NCBI GenBank assembly: GCA_050084985.1
Contig: JBITNC010000001.1
Coordinates: 154,132,001-154,196,000, forward strand
Length of the DNA: 64,000 nt
Source of the DNA: Nageia nagi
Taxonomy: Eukaryota; Plantae; Pinophyta
Direction: 5' to 3'
Shown here piece by piece: positions 26,924-37,648 of this stretch. Each line of letters begins with the position of its first letter. Position 1 is the first letter of the stretch. The translations under genes were made by a program, and so were the position numbers. The notes beneath the pieces were generated by a model. That model was given only the letters and a program-made list of their open reading frames with translations. It was not told the origin of the DNA and made no database searches.

Positions 26924-29437
26924 TGTTAGGTCCCTATACATTATTATTGTTAGGTCAGCTATGGTTATTGTTATTTCCTTACATTATTATTTTTATGTCG
27001 GCTAGTGTCCTTTCATTGTAGTGGCACCCCTTGGACTCCTATATATACTAAAGAGGTATTATCATTTGAGATGTCTATTGTTGTGTAATTGATGTGATGT
27101 AAAGGAAGTTGCCCCCTCGAAGTGGCTTATTACAAAGGAGGTTTCCCCCTAGAAGTGGTTTGTTACAGATTTTATCTCTTATTAAATGTGTTGATCTCTT
27201 TCTCTCATGATTTTATGATATTTTGGGAACTTTGTTCATAACATTTGGTACCAGAGAAGATGATTCTAGGGTTTCATGGATCAAAAATAGTCATTGTGGC
27301 ATTTTCACTACCAATTTTTTTTGAGAGGATTTAGATTTTGAAATTTATTGGGTTTTTATAATACATACCAAATAAGTAACATTTCAAATTTCAGATTCTA
27401 ATTAACTATATTTTTTAATTTACACTCAAGGGAAGTTAAGGTTTGTGACTAGTCTCAAAAGTAGGTCTAAAATAGGTGTTCTAGCTAAAAAGGGTATATC
27501 TAAAGTTTTACAGCTCCAAAATAGGTGAGACCTATTGGATTGGTTAGGTTACATACTAAAGTTTATTTTTTACAATTTTCAATGTTTGGGAATAAACAGG
27601 TGATACAAGCCACTTCGTACAATTTCACTCTTCTAAAAAATCCAAAAATTAGCACATTTTGGGAAAGTTGCAGCCATTTCCTCTTGGACTATTAGAATTT
27701 GATGAAATCTATTGCATTGAAAAGAAGACATATGAGGATACCACAATTCTATTTTTTTTGATTCAAAAGATATTGAGAATATAATAAAGAGGAGAGTCTT
27801 GTAGGTGTAGACATGTTCTGGCATCTTTAAACATAGGAGCTATCATTACTTTGCCAACACTGCATCCCGGGGAATTATGGTCTCCTACAATGTACTCGTA
27901 GTATATCGCTTAGGCCACTATTGGATTCTCTCACATAACTTTGAGTATATAGAGAGGCCATCATGCTCATGCACATACATGGTATATAGAGAGGTCCTTT
28001 AGGATTCCCTCATGTACCGCAAGTATATTAGCAAGGGCCCTTTTCGAACGGTTGTGCATTAGATAGCACTATCATAGATTTGAGCTCCCACATACCTAGC
28101 ATATATAGGGAGACCCCCTACAATACTTAGTCAAAATTCCATCAAAAAAAATTGCTACACCAACTAGACCTCTAGAGGGCTCATCCATGATTATAGCAGA
28201 AAGTGAAGACATATTCTTCTGAATATCCCAAGTGGAAGAATTGGTTAAAGGATGTGTAAGGGTGATATGGAGGAATTAAAAAGGGATTTGACAAAAGAGT
28301 TGATGAATAAAATGGATCAAAATATGGAAAAGATTTTTCAACTCATACAAAACCCAGAGGGAAAGATTCCTAAAGATGTTGATATGGCCCAGGGTTATCG
28401 GGAAAATAATGATATTGTTCAAGGAGATAAACTCTTCATTAATAAGCCTAATTCAGGAGGATATGCTTCTACCAATGGAAGTAATCAAGCATGGTTCTCA
28501 AGTGGAATCCAAATCCCCAAGATTGACATGAGGAAGTTTAATTGAAGGGACCCCATCACTTGGATATTTCAAATGGAGCACTTTTTTGATCTACACCAAG
28601 TACCAACATCACAAAAAGTAACTATTGCATCCTTGTACCTAGAGCCTAAGCAGGTTGTATGGTACCAATAGCTTTGTGAATGTAAAAAGGGTTCGATTAT
28701 ATCTTGGTCCATTTTTATAGAGGAACTGATAGCCTACCATGAGGATGTTAAGAATAATTCCTTCTTTACTCAATTGATAAATCTAAGGCAAGAAGGTTCA
28801 ATGATGGAGCACATTCAACAATTTCAAAAGTTGAGTCTTAGAGTGAATGATATACCAGATGATAGATTGTTGGATCTCTTTATGGTAACCTTAAAGGATA
28901 AAATTTAACATGAGGTGCATCTATTTGAACCAACATCCTTAGAGATGGCTTTTAGGATGGCAAGGAAGGTTGAAAGTAAAAATATGGCAATGGCTAAATA
29001 TTCCACATGGGAAGATGAGAAATTTCTAAAAAAGCATCCAGAACTACTAAAATGTTGAGGACAACATTTTTTGAAGGAGAGGGGCATGTTAGGTCCCTAT
29101 ACATTATTATTGTTAGGTCATGTATGGTTATTGTTATTTCCTTACATTATTATTGTTATGTTGGCTAGTGTCCTTTCATTGTAGTGGCACCCCTTGGACT
29201 CCTATATATACTAAGGAGATATTAGCATTTGAGATGTCTATTATTTTGTAATTTATGTGATTTAAAGGAGGTTTACCCCTTGAAGTGGCTTATTACAAAG
29301 GATGTTGCCCCCTTGAAGTGGCTTGTTACAAATTTTATCTCTTATTCAACATGTTGAGCTCTTTCTGTTAGGTCCCTATACATTATTATTGTTAGGTCAG
29401 CTATGGTTATTGTTATTTCCTTACATTATTATTGTTA
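26924..29437 (+). mobile_element. Non-autonomous gag-only (TR-GAG-like) LTR retrotransposon, older copy
   Basis: 5' LTR 26924-27243, PBS TGGTACCAGAG 27246-27256, PPT GAAGGAGAGGGG 29073-29084, 3' LTR 29087-29365 (truncated), extra LTR start 29366-29437. Homologous to the reverse complement of 36373-39005. Confidence 0.92.
28136..29058 (+). pseudogene. gag::chromodomain-tail fusion pseudogene
   Basis: Homologue of 37648-36722 with the start mutated (ATT), a frameshift near 28255 and several stops. Confidence 0.85.
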
Positions 29438-32400
29438 AGCATGTTGCAATGATGATATGGAGCTAATTATACTTGGAAAATAGTAGTTTAACACCATATA
29501 TTGAGGTAGATATAGAGGATATATATTTCCATCAAAATGGAGTTATGCCTTACGTTGAACATTAATAAGATAATGATGAATCTAAGTGGGGTGTTGATAG
29601 TATCTAGCTTGGGGAAGCTAGTGATGATCATGAGTCTTATTTGAGTGATCTTGAGTGGGGTTGCTCATAATATTTGGAGAGTAAAGAGGATCCGTATGAG
29701 GTCCTCATAGAAATTATGCACTTGGAGAGTGGCATGCATGAATGTAATCCTTTAGAGACTAGGACATAGTTTATTCCTTAAGAAGATTATAGTGTTGAAG
29801 TTCTTCATATAGGGAAGGAACTGTAAGCTAAGATTTTTTGGGATATATACCTAGAAGATGATGCTACAACTATGGATACGTTATGACTCAAGAGCATACA
29901 CATGAAGACTAGTTTATCTACTAAGGAAGTTAGTGAATATTATCTCATGAAGGAGGCATATGTTGAAGATATTTTTATAGAGATAATAGAAGAAGATAAC
30001 TAGGGAAGAATTGAATTTAGATAAACCCTATCCTAAATGTATTTTCATTAGAGCGTAGATGCATAGGTATGGATGAATGTTTCTTGATAAATAGCTCTTT
30101 AAAGTTTGGATTTGATCAAGTCCTTTAATGTAAAAAGGTAATAGTTAGTTTTACCCTTTTCATGGGGATAAACATTAGATACTAGATCTTGTATCTAGTT
30201 ACATGGTAAATCCCTTTCTATGGGGAAAACATTATTTGAATTTCATTTACCTATGTCAGTGAAACATGGGATATATCATATGGTGGTATATTTGGGTTGT
30301 ATTCTTATTGAGAGATACATTTGGAATAATTGTGGAGACAAAATCTCTAATTTGGTATTTTAAATTTTGAGTAAGGGTTGGTTGATGGGAAATCTTGTTA
30401 TTGAATTGGTGGGCCATGGAGATCTCTAATATGAAGGAGTTACTATGGTACAAAGTGTTAGATGGAGATTAATATTGAGGGATCCATGTATAATAATTTA
30501 ATATTATGCTAATGCAAATTTGTATAAAATTCAATCAAAGGAATATTATAATCCTTACAGGGAGTAAATTCCTTATATATTATCAATTCAAGAATCCTTG
30601 AATTGAATATTTCCAATGGTGGAACTACAAAAGGAACAAATTAAAGAAGATCCAATATTCAAATTTTTAGGTATGATTAGGAGTTTATGATTTTTTTTAA
30701 TCTCATGAGTCTAATTCAGGATCATCTAAGGTTGATTAAATCCAACACCTCCCAATAATCAAGTCAGTATCATGATCTAACATTTCTTTTAATGGTTACC
30801 CATCATTATCAACATAGAATACCTTATCATTTAATGGAGAAGAACCCTATTATGTAGGAAAGGATTCAAATACACAAAAGAAAAAATAAGGGGCTCAAGT
30901 TAGTATTTTACCATTGAGAGAAAGCATTAATGAATTGTAGAAGGTGACCATCACAAAGATAATTAATATGGAGAGCTACAATGTTGGAAAATACCAAAGA
31001 GCAACCATTTTCAAAAGGTATGGAATGTCATTTTTGTAAAAGATACTACTCCACAACCATAACAAAGAATAAAAATGTTGTGTAGTATTTGAAATAAGGA
31101 GTGATCCAATACTGCAATGAATAAGTGGTATTGGATTTTGATTGTCTAAGGTGGAGGGAAAATTATTTTGAATGGATGGTGGTTTATGTAAAAGAGGGAG
31201 GACAAGATAGTACAGGATGAGGAGAGATATTGATGGAGTTCATTTAATTTGTAGATGATAATCCATTAGTCTTGCTAACCAAAGTTTTCTTGTACAGCAA
31301 GTTAGAGTTCAATTATAGCTAGAGAATGGGTTCATTTGAAATAATCATGTCATTATGGTTGTAACATTATGTTAGGATATTACAGTTAATTTTTAATGAT
31401 TGATAATGTTGCAATACATGAGGGCCATTTTTTGTTATTTTTATGCTATCACTAATATAGTTATACAACTAAATATATCAATTCATGGATTTTTTTCTAA
31501 TTTAGTCTCCAATCTTATGTAATCCTATGAGGTCCAATAATTTGGGATCATCATATTTTCTTGATTGCATCAACTACCTCTTTAACTAGAATATAATTTT
31601 TTTACTATCACAATATGTACCATAGGGTGGAAGCAAGAAGTTGGGTCCACTTAAAGAGGAAGTGCAAAGTAAAAATTTAGTGCCAAAAATATTAGGATCT
31701 TGATATGAGACAAATCAAATCTTGATATTTTGGGCCCTTGATCCTAAGAGATATTGGGATCTTGATATGGGCTTGTCAATTGATCCTATATTGGGATCCC
31801 CATATGCAAAAGCTAAATATCATGCTATAGGTTGTAGAGCTCATTTTCCATCTCTACAACCTGCACCTCTTAGCCACTATTACAAGTAGCAGCCAATATT
31901 TTTGAGATCCTTATTTGAGTGTTCCTCCTACCAACTTCTACCTTCAAATTCACCCCACATTTTCCATGTTAGTTTGAGCTATCATGATTACTATCTTTTT
32001 ACTTTTTTTGTTAAAATATCATGTTTTTTTTTTGAAAAAATATCATGAAACCCTTGAATGCTTTTTTGGTTAAGAAAGATCCATGTTTGTACTATTTTTA
32101 GTTAATATATGTCTTACTTGATCTCTGTTTCACACGTCTACTAGTTTCTTCATTTCATAATTATGCCATAACAACTTCCTAAAATGCACTTTCTACTTCT
32201 TTATCATCAAAGATACATAACTAGCTTTATTACTAAAGATCCAAACTCTTTTAGTAGTGTGAATTATATATAGCTTTTGGATGACTTAAACATTTTATAA
32301 ACACCATTGGACCTAGAGCTTGAATTTTGTATATAGTAGACATAATTTTGATGAAATAAAGGCATTATTCTATCTTTTTAAAAATTGTTTTACTATTTTT

Positions 32401-34169
32401 GATAGTTACATGTAAGATATATTAAATTCCATGTAAGGAACAACAACAACATGTAGTTCTAGATCAACAAGAGTATAAAACTCTTATGGGTATGGATAAA
32501 CTTCAATTATGTGTAATTATCCTTCGTGTTCAAATTTTAAACACCTATGTCATGTTGAAGAAAAAATCCTCATAGAATGGATCCAAGGCCTTCCCAATAA
32601 CAAATTATATGTCAACTTTCCATTTATGATATGAATTTGAATTGGCAAGATATTAGGAGCAACTTATATAGGTAATTAAACTATCCCAAGAGTATGGTAA
32701 AAAAACCATATTATATATATGATCAATATGAGTTTAAAAACTAAAATTAGTATCCAAAATACTAAACAATATTGTACATGCAAAACGATGCAAAATTTTG
32801 AATTTAACTTAAATTGATGTGAATTTTATGCAAACATGTATATTTTAAGATGATTTAAGTTAAAAAATAGAAATTAAAAAGAATTAGATTCTTATCGCAT
32901 GTCCTTTTGATCTTGATATGATATGTTATGCATAATGTTCCTACTATGAAGTAATGGGTAGTGCAATAGTGGAATGAAGTACAAAAAGCTAGTAAAGCCC
33001 TAACAATGAAATAGAAATACTCTTTTCTTATTGTATCTAGAAAAACTTAGTTGCAAAAACTAAATTGTAAAAATAAGTTGATATCAACTTATATTTAAAT
33101 ACGTTTGGAAAAAAAGCCCCCAAAAATAGTGAAATTAAAAAATAACCTTATAAAATTGTGATTTACAACAATAACTCTCCCCACATTTCTACTCTGTAGA
33201 AAGAGCCATCTAAATGGACTTGTACTTTCATTGCATAATGTTCATAGAATTGTATAATCCTTCACATATAAATATAATCTATATGTAACCCTATTGAGAT
33301 AACTAGTTTTAAATACATAGCGTTGGGTTGGATGTAGAAGTGGCAATTGTTCTTCATATGGGAAGAAAGTGTGAGAATATCTAATATAAGCAATCTAAAT
33401 GTAGTCATGAGTTTGTTGTTTTTATCATGGTTATTTTTGTAAATAAAACTTTTATAAGGCCATTTTTATAATTTCATTATTTATGAGAGTAATTATTTAT
33501 GTCCCTTATATTTATTATTTTGGTATGGTTCACTTTTTAAGAATAATTTAAATTTTAAATACTTTGATATTTTACTACAAGAATTGAATTTATTAGTGAT
33601 AAATGAAATAAAAATTTGTATTTATTTATTTAACCTCAATATTTTCCATTCCTAGTTCTATTTGACTTAAAGAAAGGATTTCTCACATGCGTTTGTCCAT
33701 TATTGATTGGATTTGAATTGAGGTTTTATTTTTTCCATGCAACTTTTTCTAACCTATTATTGAATGAAGATTTTGGTTATTTGGTTTGAAACCTTAGTAG
33801 GATGATCCTTGAATTCATTTCTACCTAACACCTATACTTTTAGCCATATATATATGCTTATAACTCCTAGATTTTTGCCATATGATTTTTTTAGATAAAT
33901 AGTTTTTAGCCATATATATATGCTTCTAACTCCTAGATTTTTTCTTTTCACTTTAGTGTACAATAACTAAATTTAGTTTCAATTTAGGTCCTTTAAATTG
34001 GATATATATAGCATACATGTATTCTTAAACAACATGTGATATTTCTATATGCTAGTTTTCTATTTAAGCATGTGATATCTAATTTATAAAGTAATGCAAT
34101 ATGTTCTATTATATTAAAATTGAGTTTATTTCTATTTCTATGTTATTGCTAATGTTTACATGTGCCTTT

Positions 34170-35200
34170 TTAATATCATGGATGATTCATATCACAAATT
34201 TTATCATGGTATTTATAAGACATTGGATGATGTGAACAAAAACATCCTGCAAAATTCACTCCCTCCACATGTAAAACCTCCACCCCCTCCACCCCCATCC
34301 CCACCCCCACTTGTTGGTGTAGAGGAGCATCAGTTATGAGATGTTATTGCTCATGATATCAATCAATTATAAGAAAAATACACCACATCCAAAGTATTCA
34401 TAGTTCCCCTAGCCATGTTATATGGTTTGCATAATTGATGCAAATCATAGTTGATACTATTAGGAGTGTTGATGGGGATATGTATGGTTTCAAGGCATGG
34501 AGAGATAATATGAGACAACATTATTTAGATGGTATCTCCACCCAAGAGGTAAATGAGTTAGGTATTACTAAAGCTACCCTTACTCACACTTCATTGATCT
34601 ATCTATTAGACAACCCATCCCACCTAATAAAGAAAGAATTCCCTATAATTGGTACATCCATCCTATGATAGCTAAAATTTTTTAGGCTCAATTATGGATG
34701 ATGTTTGATAAACCACCACATTCCAATTCTGATGTCCATTTGTATTTTGGGAAGAAAATATATGTTGAGTGTGTATTACAAAAATATATGAATTATTTTG
34801 ACATGAAACATAATCAAGGGATTGGTCATGGCTTGATGAAAAATAGACCTAGAGCATGGGTTAATCTAGGTTAACTTGCATGTCCTGCACCACTTATCCC
34901 TCCTCCTACTCCTTTTGTTCTTGCCCCAGCTTTTCATTAGGTAGTTATTTTAACATAAAGAGCATTGATTTAGGTGACCCATACTCTCACTAAAAAAGCT
35001 ACCCATGTGGTAGCTAATATTAGTGACGCTAGAGATGATGCTGGAGTTAGGGGATTTGCACCTCATTTTTGCTAGAGTTGCGATAGTATATGTGTTGGCC
35101 CTCTTTCAACTAATCACAAGATATCTTATACAAAGATGATGTAAATGGATGATGTTGACCTTGTTGGGAGAGGTACATTTGCCATAATTTTAGTGTGTTT
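34170..35200 (+). pseudogene. Decayed Pro-rich coding sequence, probably a transposon accessory gene
   Basis: Coding-like fragments (PPPPP tract, ORF 34435-34668, PNSDVHLYFGKKIYVECVLQKYMNYFDMK). Family not recognised. Confidence 0.35.
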
Positions 35201-36448
35201 AATGCATAGAATAAAAAGATGATTTTTTGAAAATATGATCAGGGGCCAAAGACATAAAAATGGCCTTTAAATGATCAAAATACATTGAATACAGTGAAAA
35301 TTTGCAGCTCTAAAAATATGTAAATACGAAAAAATAAAGGAAAAATAGATAAACAATGAAAAAGAAATAAAAAATATAGGGAAAATACGTGATCAAAAAA
35401 TGGAAAATACAACAAATAAATGAACAAAAGATGGGTAAAGGATGGAAATTTGAGGAAAAAATATGATGCATAAAAAAATTAAAAAAATGCAATTTTGTTT
35501 TAACTTTTTCTATATAATATACTTATGTAATTACCATAAATGGTTAAATCATTCACATAAACAATCATATCATCTACCAACAACCAAATTACAAACACAT
35601 TCATATTTCATAAATCATATCATGGATATATGAAAATAAAAGGCATTTATAAAATGTCTATTAGTTCATAAGTTATAAATCTACTACTACTAGTATTGTC
35701 ACTACTGTGACACTATCCCATACACTCATGATTCATAATGCCACTAAGTGTCCACTGCTAACTTGCTAAGCACCAACAAAGTATAAAATACAAAATAATC
35801 ATAAATAACTAAAAATAATGTCTCATGAGTCATAACTCCATGTGTGGGCACTGGGGACTCATCAATATTTGTGGTATGGGGCTCTAGCCCTTTTACTATG
35901 CAATCAATCACCACCACTAGTACTACAACTACTAGTACAATGTACCACATGCTCCACTAATAGGTGTAGTAGGAGAATCAAAATGAAAAGGTGGTCTCAT
36001 AGGGGTAGTATTACTATGAAAAGGCAATCCTAAACTACTAGAACCACCACCAACACTCTTGTAGGGCTTTTGCCTAATCCTTTGGTATCAAATGAGTGGC
36101 TCATCATCATCAGGCTCACTCTCAATGTCTCAAAAAACTTGATGCTCATAAACTTGGTGAGGTCCAACACCATGATCAATATCCACAAGAGGAAATGCAT
36201 CAAAATGCTAATGCTCCTCCTCCACCTCCCCCTCCTCATCTTCTGTATGCTCCTCCTCCTTGCCCTCATTTGCAAGTTCATCTATCTCTTGCTCCATGTC
36301 AAGCCATTCTTCTCAAAAAGCTTCATGTAACTCCCCCTTTGGATCTACCACTACATCCACTAAAGGTGCATCTGTTATGAACAAAGTTCCCAAAATAGCA
36401 TAAAATCACCAAAGAGAGAGCTCAACGCATTGAATAAGAGATAAAATC

Positions 36449-36514
36449 TGTAATAAGCCACTTCGAGGGGGCAACCTCCTTTGTAATAAGCCACTTCGAG
36501 GGGGCAACCTCCTT
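36449..36514. repeat. 2 x 33-bp perfect tandem repeat inside the LTR
   Basis: TGTAATAAGCCACTTCGAGGGGGCAACCTCCTT x2, also in the other LTR and degenerate in the older copy. Confidence 0.95.
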
Positions 36515-36721
36515 TACTTCACATCAATTACACAACAATAGACATCTTCAAATGATAATACCTCCTTAGTATATATAGGAGTCCAAGGGGTGCCACTACA
36601 ATGAAAGGACACTAGCCGACATACAATAATAATGTAAGGAAATAATAATAACCATAGCCGACCTAACAATAATAATGTATAGGGACCTAACATGCCCCTC
36701 TCCTTCAAAAAAATGTTGTCC

Positions 36722-37648
36722 TCAACATTTTAGTAGTTCTGGATGCTTCTGTAGAAATTTCTCATCTTCCCATGTGGAATATTCAGCCATTGCCATATTT
36801 TTACTTTCAACCTTCCTTGCCATCCTAAAAGCCATCTCTAAGGATGTTGGTTCAAATAGATGCACCTCATGTTGAATTTTATCCTTTAAGATTCCCATAA
36901 AGAGATCCAAAAATCTATCATCTGGTATATCCTTCACTCTAAGACTCAACTTTTGAAATTATTGAATGTGCTCCATCACTGAACCTTCTTGCCTTAGATT
37001 TATCAATTGAGTAAAGAAGGAATTATTCTTAACATCCTCATGGTAGGCTATCAGTTCCTCTGTAAAAATGGACCAAGATATAATAGAACCCTTTTTACGT
37101 TCACAAAGCCATTGGTACCATACAACCTGCTCAGGCTCTAGATACAAGGATGCAATAGTTACTTTTTGTGATGTTGGTACTTGGTGTAGATCAAAAAAGT
37201 GCTCCATTTGAAATATCCAAGTGATGGGGTCCCTTCCATCAAACTTCCTCATGTCGATCTTGGGGATTTGGATTCCCCTTGAGAACCATGCTTGATTACT
37301 TCCATCAGTAGAAGCATATCCTCCTGAATTAGGCTTATTAATGAAGGGTTTATCTCCTTGAATAATATCATTATTTACCTGATAACCCTGGGCCATATCA
37401 ACATCTTTAGGAATATTTACCTCTGGGTTTTGTATGAGTTGAAAAATCTTTTCCATATATTGATCCATTTTAGTTGCCAACTCTTTTGTCAAATCCCTTT
37501 TTAATTCCTCCATATCACCCTTTTTTACACACTCTTTAACCAATTCTTCCACTTGGGATATTCGAAAGAATATGTCTTCACTTTTTGCCGTAGTCATGGA
37601 TGAACCCTCTAGAGGTCTAGTTGGTGTAGCAATTTTTTTCGGTGGCAT
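36722..37648 (-). CDS. Gag (retrotrans_gag) fused to a chromodomain C-terminal tail; 308 codons with one internal TAA at 36959-36961
   Basis: PKIDMRKFDGRDPITWIFQMEHFF...ASLYLE...WYQW...SWSIFTEEL...LINLRQEGSV is chromoviral gag. ORFs 36959-37648 and 36722-36949 are in frame, and the older copy has CAA at the stop position. Confidence 0.88.

Larger units (their letters stand above)
23803..31565 (+). repeat. Tandem segmental repeat (~2.5-kb unit, three partial copies) interrupted by an LTR element
   Basis: Block A at ~23803, ~26307 and ~30728. Block D at ~25077-26306 and ~29437-30727. Block B at ~24420-24660 and ~31340-31565. Confidence 0.9.

Noticed and set aside
36096-36380. His/Pro-rich 94-aa ORF resembling an extensin or transcription factor
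   Set aside because: It is the antisense shadow of the Glu-rich hAT transposase tail.
36449-36514. 33-bp and 31-bp (58540-58620) direct repeats as CRISPR-like arrays
   Set aside because: There are no spacers or cas genes, the context is eukaryotic, and these are ordinary LTR tandem repeats.
36514-36708. Hydrophobic 64-aa ORF, also at 38827-39018 (possible env-like or signal peptide)
   Set aside because: It is simply the LTR read in frame, is stop-disrupted in the older copy, and has no support for coding.
36959-36961. Programmed stop-codon readthrough in gag
   Set aside because: The other copy has CAA here, so a C-to-T mutation is the simpler explanation.
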